IMG/VR virus record: IMGVR_UViG_3300033153_005726
Span: 1 to 64,000 of that record
Reading direction: 5' to 3' (one strand)
Origin: a virus
Lineage: Duplodnaviria > Heunggongvirae > Uroviricota > Caudoviricetes
DNA: 64,000 bases
Below, one piece after another: positions 17,990 through 25,549 of the stretch (position 1 is its first letter; each line of letters opens with the position of its first letter). Made by a program: the position numbers and the translations under genes. The notes under the pieces are model-generated. The model did no database searches and was not told where the DNA came from. It saw only the letters and a list, made by a program, of their open reading frames with translations.

Positions 17990-18529
17990 ATGGAATTTAA
18001 TGGGTATATGGTGGGTACTGTTGGTCACATGCTTAATAGCAAAGCAATATCACACATCACTGATAATGAAAAGCAAAAATTACGTTCGATACACGGATGT
18101 CCTGTTAATAGAAGAATACCCGCTAAAATGTCCAGGTCATGTTTCAGAAACATGTGTTTAACTTTTCAAAGTCATGCTGGTATTAATTCTAATAAACAAA
18201 ATGGGAAAAATACACGTATGACTTTGAGAGGATTTAAATCTAATAACACTTTAGTATGTGTCGGATGTATTATAGGAGAATCTGTACGTAATAATAAAGA
18301 ATATGAAGCACCTCCTGAATTGACATTTGTAGATATAACACCTCCGGTAATACCACCTCATCCGAAAGCGCGTAAAGGTAGAGTTAAACTTACGAAAGGT
18401 GAAGTACAACATATTAGAAAATTACATCAAGAAGGTGTTAAAATAAGTAGACTTATGGAATTGTATTCAAAAATGAGTAGAGCAGCAATATCGAATGTAG
18501 TTAATAGAATTACTTGGAAAAATATATGA
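17990..18529 (+). CDS. hypothetical protein with C-terminal helix-turn-helix
   Basis: C-terminal LTKGEVQHIRKLHQEGVKISRLMELYSKMSRAAISNVVNRITW resembles a sigma-70 region-4 / homing-endonuclease-type HTH. Confidence 0.35.
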   Translation: MEFNGYMVGTVGHMLNSKAISHITDNEKQKLRSIHGCPVNRRIPAKMSRSCFRNMCLTFQSHAGINSNKQNGKNTRMTLRGFKSNNTLVCVGCIIGESVRNNKEYEAPPELTFVDITPPVIPPHPKARKGRVKLTKGEVQHIRKLHQEGVKISRLMELYSKMSRAAISNVVNRITWKNI

Positions 18530-18638
18530 TATATGGGTTTGCCACAGGAACTGGAACACGAATTGGAACACAAACCTGGAAATTATGTGTCTATCGGTGG
18601 AATTAGGCAAAAAAGCTGGATCATATAGGGAGTAAAAC

Positions 18639-18773
18639 ATGCTTGCAAGCTATGTCTGTAACAAATGCGATCACAAAACAGTGAGAACGCATACTATATT
18701 GACAGGTCTTCTATGTTCTAAATGTAGGAATGGACGAATGATAGTGAAGAAAATAGCAAGGAAATCAAAATAA
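18639..18773 (+). CDS. 44-aa zinc-ribbon protein (not in ORF track)
   Basis: AGGGAG RBS; CNKC...CSKC; TAAATG coupling to next ORF. Confidence 0.3.
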   Translation: MLASYVCNKCDHKTVRTHTILTGLLCSKCRNGRMIVKKIARKSK

Positions 18774-19136
18774 ATGAACACAATAGCAACATTCAAACTA
18801 TGCAAATTATCCGACAAGAATCTCCTGCAAAAAGTAGATAAGGGAACTGATAAAATGTACAAAACTGGAGAGATCCCAACCAGGACGAGACTAAAAGAAG
18901 AACTTAGGAGAGAGTGTATGGCTATGGGAGTTATTTTATGCGTTGACTGTGGACTACCAGAGCAAGATTGTACTTGCGAGGTGGAAGTTGAATACCGCAG
19001 ATTAAAAAAAGGTGAAAAAATATTGAAAACTGATGAATACCTTGATGATGACCGGTGGGTATTAACAACGTGCGCTGGAGACTTGGCACCAGATCCGCAA
19101 TACACTTGTCATCGAGAGTATAGGCGTAGGCTATAA
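18774..19136 (+). CDS. hypothetical Cys-containing protein
   Basis: ORF track. Confidence 0.4.
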   Translation: MNTIATFKLCKLSDKNLLQKVDKGTDKMYKTGEIPTRTRLKEELRRECMAMGVILCVDCGLPEQDCTCEVEVEYRRLKKGEKILKTDEYLDDDRWVLTTCAGDLAPDPQYTCHREYRRRL

Positions 19137-19189
19137 ATAATGCCAAGCTCACGTGGGATCGTGGATAAAGCACGGAACCAAATAAGCAA

Positions 19190-19279
19190 GACGAAAACTT
19201 AAAATAAAGGAAACAGATAATTCGAAGATAGGCGCTGCCTGGGGCCAATCTGGATTTATTTGTTATGTGAGTTGTTATG
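19190..19279 (+). repeat. cassette leader repeat, copy A (AAAACTTAAAaTAAAGGAAACAG ... GGCGCTGCCTGGGGCC ... TTATTTGTTATGTGA)
   Basis: Shares ~35-nt 5' block and ~20-nt 3' block with 20291..20372 and partially with 21039..21119. Confidence 0.5.
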
Positions 19280-19603
19280 GAGAAAGTACCAAGTGTAGGA
19301 AAAACCTACAACTGTTTTGATGACGGGAAGATCCGTGTAAGTAGGCGATATGATATCACGGTAAAATCATTAACTCCATTTGACAAGGCCGACAGCCACA
19401 CGCTTAATATTTGGAAAAGTGAAGTGAAGAGCTGCTACTGGCTTTACAACACAGAAACCGATTTCTTTGTGTTGGGGGTTCGAGACGATGGTGAAAAAGA
19501 GACATTTGTCAGAACTGTTGATGGTGGATGGTTTGGTATAGGTGGTTTTTTGAATTGCGGAAGATTAGATATTGATGGTAAGTGCAACACGCTTGACACA
19601 TAA
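19277..19603 (+). CDS. hypothetical protein (cassette gene 1)
   Basis: ORF track; ends in conserved ...ACATAACGTTTTA. Confidence 0.45.
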   Translation: MEKVPSVGKTYNCFDDGKIRVSRRYDITVKSLTPFDKADSHTLNIWKSEVKSCYWLYNTETDFFVLGVRDDGEKETFVRTVDGGWFGIGGFLNCGRLDIDGKCNTLDT

Positions 19604-19741
19604 CGTTTTAAATCACCGGCTGGCCATGGGGCTACCGTGATTTTATAGCGTGGCAGAAACTTAAACAAACAACCGGAGAACGGGCGTGTGAGCCAGTCGT
19701 GTGCATTTGCTTGTTATCTTTTAATTTTTGAGGGTTTAGTA

Positions 19742-19933
19742 ATGAACAAACAAAACGCAGCAATAATAAAAAGAGAATATGCCCAAGATGGCAAGAAACT
19801 TATCACTGTTTGTGGGCAAACTGGGAAAAAGGTTGGGAGTGCCGACTGTGAAAGAAATTGCAAATATTTTCATTCTTCGGAGCATTTTTACAAGACCATA
19901 AATTGTTATGACCCAGATAGAAATTTGTTTTGA
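19742..19933 (+). CDS. small Cys-containing protein (start at internal Met of track ORF 19688)
   Basis: GAGGG RBS before ATG 19742. Confidence 0.35.
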   Translation: MNKQNAAIIKREYAQDGKKLITVCGQTGKKVGSADCERNCKYFHSSEHFYKTINCYDPDRNLF

Positions 19934-19975
19934 AGATAACGTTTATACAAGCCGCCTTGAACGGAGTAACTAAAA

Positions 19976-20236
19976 ATGAAAAACGAAACTAAAGTAACCC
20001 CGGAAGATAGCTCAAAGAAAGGCGCTGCTCGTGGTCTGCTTGATACGATTGTTATGTGGTTGCATATCTTTATGTTGATTATTGGCGCTCCTGTGTTTTC
20101 GGTTCTAATTGGACTGATGGAAGCAAGAGATTATGGGAAATTAGCAGTACGAGATTTCACGATAGGGTTCTTGTCGTATTTTGTTAATTTATACACCGAA
20201 ATAAAGAAAGTTGTGTCTATCACTGTCCACATATAG
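19976..20236 (+). CDS. small membrane protein (cassette gene; N-terminus MKNETKVTPEDSSKK shared with 20687 and 21430 genes)
   Basis: TM segment WLHIFMLIIGAPVFSVLIGL; carries the conserved 29-nt motif at 20010..20038. Confidence 0.45.
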   Translation: MKNETKVTPEDSSKKGAARGLLDTIVMWLHIFMLIIGAPVFSVLIGLMEARDYGKLAVRDFTIGFLSYFVNLYTEIKKVVSITVHI

Positions 20237-20290
20237 CAGCCTGTATCAGCGGAAATGAGAAGCATAACCGCTAAACTTGATACGAAGAAT

Positions 20291-20372
20291 AAAACTTAAA
20301 CAAAGGAAACAGGTAATTCAAAGCCGGATCTCTCGTTTTCCGACTGAATTTATTTGTTATGTGATTTTTATG
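20291..20372 (+). repeat. cassette leader repeat, copy B
   Basis: AAAACTTAAACAAAGGAAACAGGTAATTCAAAG ... TTATTTGTTATGTGATTTTTATG. Confidence 0.5.
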
Positions 20373-20633
20373 AGTGATTTTACACAAGGTGTCGCTGGTG
20401 GGTTGAGACGAATGAATATTCAGCCTGATGCTTTTTTGTTTTGTGAAGATGATGGTGTTACGTTTGATGAAGCTGAAATTCTTGGTATTCCCGTGTTTCA
20501 TTCCGCACTTATAATAAACACATATACAGATCTAAATATTCCATTTATTCCGATCTGGAAGGCGGAAAGTGATTATATCATTCAGAGAGGATTATTTAAT
20601 GACGGGTATGAGCAGAATTGCAATGCAACATAA
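20370..20633 (+). CDS. hypothetical protein (cassette gene; start at internal Met of track ORF 20277)
   Basis: Conserved leader ends at this ATG; 3' end ...AACATAACGTTTTAG. Confidence 0.4.
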   Translation: MSDFTQGVAGGLRRMNIQPDAFLFCEDDGVTFDEAEILGIPVFHSALIINTYTDLNIPFIPIWKAESDYIIQRGLFNDGYEQNCNAT

Positions 20634-20686
20634 CGTTTTAGCTCACGGGATTTTTGCAATTTAACCACTGAACGAGGAATGAAAAT

Positions 20687-20986
20687 ATGAATGACGATAA
20701 ACCCAAAACTACGCCCGAAGAAAGCGCTGGCAAAATTCCGCTGCAGCGCCTTGTTAGCCAATTATTTGCAGTTGCTTATGAGGATGACGGCCCAAGCGGT
20801 ATTTGTGGGCAAGCTTGCAGCATCACAAACCCATGGCGCAAACTGTATCTTTTTGAAACAGAAGAAAAGATGAGGGAGTTTGTAAGGAAAATTGAGCAAA
20901 CTACTGGAAGATTAAGAGGACGAATCGTTGGCATGTATTATCCAGCGCCTGGATCAGTAGGTGATATCAGTTTTATTTCTGGCTAA
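20687..20986 (+). CDS. hypothetical protein (cassette gene; N-terminus MNDDKPKTTPEES)
   Basis: ORF track; GAGG RBS. Confidence 0.4.
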   Translation: MNDDKPKTTPEESAGKIPLQRLVSQLFAVAYEDDGPSGICGQACSITNPWRKLYLFETEEKMREFVRKIEQTTGRLRGRIVGMYYPAPGSVGDISFISG

Positions 20987-21038
20987 CGTTTCAATAACCT
21001 GCTGCAAGGATACGAAGCACTGAACGTGGCTAAACCAC

Positions 21039-21119
21039 AAAACTAAATACGGAGGACAAAGCCCAATAAACCACGCTGCTTGCGGTCTGCGTTTATTGGC
21101 TTGTTATGTGATTTATATG
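21039..21119 (+). repeat. cassette leader repeat, copy C, containing hairpin CCAATAAAC(20-nt loop)GTTTATTGG
   Basis: Loop carries CGCTGCTTGCGGTCTG; followed by TTGTTATGTGATTTATATG. Confidence 0.5.
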
Positions 21120-21371
21120 GATTTACCCCCATTGAGAAAAACAGTGAGGATAAAATTTTGGTCTTTGCGCAATGGTGTTGGCCCCAATCTTGGCGTTATT
21201 TTTGACATGGACGAACAAGTTGAACGTGAAGCGTATCGTGTCCGTGTCGAAGATGGTTGGAAGTGGCAAGTAAAAGGGCTGAACACCATAAACAGGTATG
21301 ATTCAACCGCAGACATAGACCAGGAAGTATTTGACGAATATGGCAGTGAGCTTGAAGTTGAATACGCATAA
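21117..21371 (+). CDS. hypothetical protein (cassette gene; start at internal Met of track ORF 21096)
   Basis: ATG 6 nt downstream of the ATGTGA mini-ORF; ends ...GCATAACGTTCTAGC. Confidence 0.4.
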   Translation: MDLPPLRKTVRIKFWSLRNGVGPNLGVIFDMDEQVEREAYRVRVEDGWKWQVKGLNTINRYDSTADIDQEVFDEYGSELEVEYA

Positions 21372-21429
21372 CGTTCTAGCTAACCTGCCGCAAGCGAACT
21401 ACCACGAAACTTTGAACAAAGGAAAGACT

Positions 21430-21702
21430 ATGAATAACCCGAAAACTGAGCTCAAAGAAAGGCGCTGCTTGCGGTCTGAGTTAAGCGCCTTGTTATCTGA
21501 TAATAGCTCTGGAGATTTGCTTGATGTGTGGGAGCTGTTTCGTTTGAAATGCCCTTGGTCTGAACATAAAAGATCATGGGATGAAACGGAGTTCTCTTGC
21601 ATGGCTATTCGGTACGGAGGCGGTGCTGGTAGAGAGTGTTCGATGAAGCTGTGCGCCCCTTTTTATTTTGTGAAAACACTGACTGAATGTGCTGCAAGAT
21701 AA
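21430..21702 (+). CDS. hypothetical protein (cassette gene; N-terminus MNNPKTELKE)
   Basis: AAAGGAAAG RBS 5 nt upstream; contains hairpin 21459..21491. Confidence 0.4.
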   Translation: MNNPKTELKERRCLRSELSALLSDNSSGDLLDVWELFRLKCPWSEHKRSWDETEFSCMAIRYGGGAGRECSMKLCAPFYFVKTLTECAAR

Positions 21703-21764
21703 CAGTGTAATAAGTGGAAACTTTCCACTAATACATTTACTTCAACCGGATTAAGTGGAAAACA

Positions 21765-22055
21765 ATGACAGACAAACTATTACCATGCCCGTTTTGTGGT
21801 GGAAAAGCCGACAGCCGGCCACAATATGGAGTTGTTGAATGTATGGATTGTGGTATTGAAAAAGAAGAAGATGACCTACATAGTGCGGAATACTATTGGA
21901 ACACTCGCACTACAACAGTCGAAGAACCACCTGACGTTTTTCAGCGAACAATGAAACTTTGCCCAATATGTGGGAACAAGCGTTGTCCACACGCAACAGA
22001 TGTTAAATATAAATGCACGAATAGCAATCGACCTGGACAATCAGTATCAACATAA
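21765..22055 (+). CDS. Lar-family restriction-alleviation-like zinc-ribbon protein
   Basis: N-terminal ...LLPCPFCGGKA motif and ...AEYYWNTR, characteristic of the Lar family; an extra C-terminal CPICGNKRCPH ribbon. Confidence 0.5.
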   Translation: MTDKLLPCPFCGGKADSRPQYGVVECMDCGIEKEEDDLHSAEYYWNTRTTTVEEPPDVFQRTMKLCPICGNKRCPHATDVKYKCTNSNRPGQSVST

Positions 22056-22069
22056 GGAAATCAAACCAA

Positions 22070-22297
22070 ATGAAAGAAGAGTTAACAAGATATACCTGTG
22101 ATCATTGCAGTAATAAAATAACTGTCGGAAAAGATGTCTACGCAGGGACACCGCTCGCTGACAGATGGGTGAGAATGTACCTGAAAGTTAAATCTATTGA
22201 CGTACAAAAGACAAAAGTACATTTCTGCGGAGAAGGTTGCGCTACGGCGTATTTGTTGAAGAGAAGCTCGCAAAAACAATCAAAGGAAACCAAATGA
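22070..22297 (+). CDS. zinc-ribbon protein (intact paralog of pseudogene 1919..2100)
   Basis: CDHC...CGEGC. Confidence 0.4.
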   Translation: MKEELTRYTCDHCSNKITVGKDVYAGTPLADRWVRMYLKVKSIDVQKTKVHFCGEGCATAYLLKRSSQKQSKETK

Positions 22298-22455
22298 CAT
22301 ATAAACCAATAAAAACAGCACCAAAAGACGGCACTTACATCTTAGTCTTCGGTGATAGCAGGACGGGAAACTGTTACGAAACCGATACTAAAATAAACGG
22401 ATTTGATAGTTGTAAACATATGGCTATTGATGCCTGGAACAGAAGAGTGAAATGA
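22294..22455 (+). CDS. DUF551-like small protein with Lar-like C-terminal AWNRR motif
   Basis: MTYKPIKTAPKDGTYILVF (DUF551-type N-terminus); ...HMAIDAWNRRVK. Confidence 0.4.
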   Translation: MTYKPIKTAPKDGTYILVFGDSRTGNCYETDTKINGFDSCKHMAIDAWNRRVK

Positions 22456-22655
22456 ATATGCAACGAATATTAGTAGGTATTGGATTGACATTATTTTGCT
22501 TTGCAACAATTGGAGTGCAGGTAGTAACACGCATAATAGATATATCAAACAGGGGGTGGGAAACGTACAGAATAGTGGGGGAAGCTGTCTTCGGTGGAGC
22601 TATTATTGTCGCTTGTTTATGTTTTATAATATCAGTGATGCTCGAACTTTATTAA
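22452..22655 (+). CDS. small two-TM membrane protein (holin-like topology, function unproven)
   Basis: Two hydrophobic helices ILVGIGLTLFCFATIGVQVV and VFGGAIIVACLCFIISVML; last + strand gene before the convergent junction. Confidence 0.35.
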   Translation: MNMQRILVGIGLTLFCFATIGVQVVTRIIDISNRGWETYRIVGEAVFGGAIIVACLCFIISVMLELY

Positions 22656-22708
22656 ATATGAGTTGAACAGGGTTCGAACCTGTAATCTCCTGAAGGTGTT
22701 ATCATCAT

Positions 22709-22739
22709 CTACTGAGTTTATTTTGTTTAAACTCAGTAG
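22709..22739. repeat. perfect 12-bp inverted repeat CTACTGAGTTTA(7-nt loop)TAAACTCAGTAG at the convergent junction; candidate bidirectional terminator
   Basis: Lies between the last + strand gene and the stop of the - strand endolysin; no clean T-tract. Confidence 0.35.
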
Positions 22740-22807
22740 GATTTACGCTGGCTCTATTAAGTTACCTGCCACCCAAGTGTTTTCCCAATTAAACTACCAA
22801 CCCAATT

Positions 22808-23329
22808 CTATAAAACATAAAATAAAAGATCAGCAACCCTATTGACCCAACCACGTAAAAATTTATTTTGACTAGGGTTCTTTTTAACTAAGGCACTATA
22901 TCGTTTTAATCTATAACCAATAATACCACTTATTAAACTTTGTTGATCATGCATTGAAATTGCTAAAAGGCTTTGTAAGCCAATTATACCATCAACTACT
23001 AACTGACTACCTTTTTTATTACACGCACGTTGTAGCCACTTTGCCGAGCTCCCTACACCACAATTAATACCCGTATCAAATAGTACAGTAGCAAGTGACT
23101 CAGTAACATCATTACAACGTAACATCATCCAATAATCATCATAATAAATTTTTAAAGCCTGTGATTTTCTTAAATTCACAATGTCAATGTCTGGATATGC
23201 CTTTGCAGAAATTCCATATTTTGTTTTTCCACCTAAATCTGAAAGCTCATCAGAAAACACACCTTCCATTTCAAGTACAAATTCTACAGCCTTCAAATAT
23301 TTATCTAATTCAAAATGTATAGAATTCAT
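22808..23329 (-). CDS. endolysin, GH108-type N-acetylmuramidase with C-terminal peptidoglycan-binding domain
   Basis: LEMEGVFSDELSDLGGKTKYGIS matches the GH108 E-G-G..D..D.GG.T..GI signature; C-terminal region is PG_binding_3-like. Confidence 0.65.
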   Translation of the reverse strand: MNSIHFELDKYLKAVEFVLEMEGVFSDELSDLGGKTKYGISAKAYPDIDIVNLRKSQALKIYYDDYWMMLRCNDVTESLATVLFDTGINCGVGSSAKWLQRACNKKGSQLVVDGIIGLQSLLAISMHDQQSLISGIIGYRLKRYSALVKKNPSQNKFLRGWVNRVADLLFYVL

Positions 23330-23437
23330 ATTTATTTCTCATCCATTGCGCAGTTTGCATAGCAATTATCCAATCTTCCCATTCTACTATTATAAAAGGT
23401 AATTCTTTAAGGAAATATCCTATTGGAGATTTATTAA

Positions 23438-23560
23438 TCATACGCAAGTATAGCGAATATAATCGCCTCTCTTACGTTTATATCTTAAACGTGCCATTAA
23501 TTTAGAATATTCATGCCAATCTCTTATTGAATTTAAAGCCCAACGGAATGAAGTAATCAT
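23438..23560 (-). CDS. 40-aa basic small protein, translationally coupled (ATGA) to the DUF1353 gene (not in track)
   Basis: ATG overlaps the upstream stop; K/R-rich; weak. Confidence 0.2.
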   Translation of the reverse strand: MITSFRWALNSIRDWHEYSKLMARLRYKRKRGDYIRYTCV

Positions 23561-23997
23561 GGTGCAGTGTACTCCCTTTTAAGTTTATCAGGATGTGTAG
23601 ACATAAAACCAAATCTTGTTACAGCTTTTTTAATAATCCATGCAGTCCATTTCCACATACCATCTTCAACACACATACTGTAAAGAAGTTGATCAGCTAT
23701 TTTTTTGTATTTAGATGGTATTAATTCCATACGAAGCATTTGATAAATAACATCATGAACCATCGATCCGCGCATAAATGATTTTATATCAACAGTCGGG
23801 CCAGAAGGGCCATCCCAAGCATACCCACCTTTTACAAAAAGAACCCCTTCTTTTGAAAGTTCAAAATGTTTAGTCTGAAATTCATACTCTTTAATAGGAA
23901 CTGAAAGATAACAATCTTGAGTAAGTTGATATTTGAACCCGCTTTTATACTTGATTTTCTTGTACTCAAGTTTACGAGTTAATTCTATTTTATCCAT
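23557..23997 (-). CDS. DUF1353-family protein
   Basis: YAWDGPSGP...SMVHDVIYQ resembles the DUF1353 (TDGAS.P ... HD.LY) motifs. Confidence 0.45.
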   Translation of the reverse strand: MDKIELTRKLEYKKIKYKSGFKYQLTQDCYLSVPIKEYEFQTKHFELSKEGVLFVKGGYAWDGPSGPTVDIKSFMRGSMVHDVIYQMLRMELIPSKYKKIADQLLYSMCVEDGMWKWTAWIIKKAVTRFGFMSTHPDKLKREYTAP

Positions 23998-24136
23998 TAC
24001 TTATTTTCTCTTTCAGATTTAATTACATTGATCAATGCCATAATAATTTTTACAAAAAACCAACTCAATACAAGCGTTCCGACAATTGTAGGATAGTTTA
24101 AAATCTCCTTAATAATGTCTTCAGTAAAAAAATCCA

Positions 24137-24664
24137 TTAATCAACCTCGTCAAGACTACCAGTAGAGCTTTCATTAGTTATAGGAAGATTAACATCAACT
24201 ACGTTGTCCGATCCAATAGTACTGACATCATTTCTGTTAAAAGAACTTTCCATATCAAGCTCATCAGCAGAAATTTGATAAGAATTACCACCATATTGCA
24301 TAGCCTTTTTACTGATGCCGTAGGAAGTAAGTCCAAGTACCATCATAGGTATTCCACCAGCAACAGAATTTAAAACATCGTAACCAGTTAAAGGTGCCTG
24401 TCGGTTAAATTTATCTTTTTCTATATCTCTGATTGCTTGGACAGCAATGACTTTATATAATGCAGCTTCAACAGGGGTAGCAAACTCAGATGCATTGGAT
24501 ACTGAAACAATAGCTTCAGCTTGATTAGAGATGCGATTGTACTCATATTCTTGATGAACAGCATACATCTCGCTATGAGTTTTATATGTATCTTGAGTAA
24601 ATAATCCACAACCGGATAAAACAAATGGGAGTATGAACATGACGGTTATTTTCTGTCGATTCAT
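24137..24664 (-). CDS. lipoprotein (signal peptide plus lipobox LSGC)
   Basis: MNRQKITVMFILPFVLSGCGL; candidate o-spanin-like or superinfection-exclusion lipoprotein. Confidence 0.55.
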   Translation of the reverse strand: MNRQKITVMFILPFVLSGCGLFTQDTYKTHSEMYAVHQEYEYNRISNQAEAIVSVSNASEFATPVEAALYKVIAVQAIRDIEKDKFNRQAPLTGYDVLNSVAGGIPMMVLGLTSYGISKKAMQYGGNSYQISADELDMESSFNRNDVSTIGSDNVVDVNLPITNESSTGSLDEVD

Positions 24665-24673
24665 GATAACCTC

Positions 24674-25120
24674 TTAATACGGAAAGGGTTTAGTTTTAAA
24701 TGTTTTAAATGCAAATCGAGATATTAACATCGAAAGTGGAGGCCAAAAACGTCTGGGCATACAATAAAATCGTGCAAAAATAGCAAAATAATGTATCCAA
24801 GCAAGAAGTGCCGTTATTGTAAAAAAGAAAGTGGCTGGCTGGTGTATTAAAGAAAAAGGAATACATCCGTGAGATATCTTAATATTAAAATAAGCCCACC
24901 AAATAACAAGAGAAGTACAAAGCATAAAACTTAACCAGCAAACTAATTTCATGGATCTAGGAGTTACTTGTTTTCTACGAAATAAATCTGGGTGTTGTTC
25001 AATCCATTGCATATGTTTATACAAAAATATAAACCACATAAAACAATCATTAGCTAAAACAAACACTAAAAAATGTTGTATTAGAATTGAGATTGTCACT
25101 GAATTGAAAAAAGTTATCAT
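24674..25120 (-). CDS. polytopic membrane protein (3-4 TM)
   Basis: Hydrophobicity; ATGA coupling. Confidence 0.45.
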   Translation of the reverse strand: MITFFNSVTISILIQHFLVFVLANDCFMWFIFLYKHMQWIEQHPDLFRRKQVTPRSMKLVCWLSFMLCTSLVIWWAYFNIKISHGCIPFSLIHQPATFFFTITALLAWIHYFAIFARFYCMPRRFWPPLSMLISRFAFKTFKTKPFPY

Positions 25121-25539
25121 GGTCTATCATGCCAAGCTAGAGCTTTCGCCAATTGTGCCTGTACAGAAGATAATGCACTCATTATCTTCTCATCACGTTC
25201 ATACATTCTACGTTCAAGAATTGAAATATCATCTTTTATACGAGTGGTTACAACAAGAAGTTCAGATTTAGTTGAATTAACCTGTCTATTAATTACAACA
25301 TTATTTGCATGATATTGTTCACGAAAAGTATTAACTTCAAAATATCCATAAGTAGAAATTGCACAGAGAGCACCAACAAGAGAAAGTGCAATTTTACTAT
25401 AAGATGCTATTTTCCCTTCAAGACTTTCCATATCTGTTGTAATCTTTGGTAATTTAGCAAGAACCAAAGTGCAGTCAGATTGTAACTTCTCAATTGTTTC
25501 TTCCTGTTCACATGCGTCAGAGTTACATGAAGGTATCAT
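25117..25539 (-). CDS. membrane-anchored coiled-coil protein (single central TM)
   Basis: IALSLVGALCAISTYGYF TM; C-terminal heptads. Confidence 0.4.
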   Translation of the reverse strand: MIPSCNSDACEQEETIEKLQSDCTLVLAKLPKITTDMESLEGKIASYSKIALSLVGALCAISTYGYFEVNTFREQYHANNVVINRQVNSTKSELLVVTTRIKDDISILERRMYERDEKIMSALSSVQAQLAKALAWHDRP

Positions 25540-25549
25540 TTCATAATCC

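Noticed and set aside
22656-22700. attP / integration core (partial tRNA 3' end) implying a temperate lifestyle
   Set aside because: No integrase, excisionase or repressor genes in the window. Gene content (own ligase, ThyX, SbcCD, dNMP kinase) looks virulent. Kept only as a low-probability alternative under the tRNA-like finding
22656-22740. Canonical tRNA gene
   Set aside because: Only a T-arm and 3' acceptor are convincing. D and anticodon arms cannot be formed, and the candidate 5' acceptor overlaps a 12-bp hairpin. Reported as a tRNA-like fragment instead
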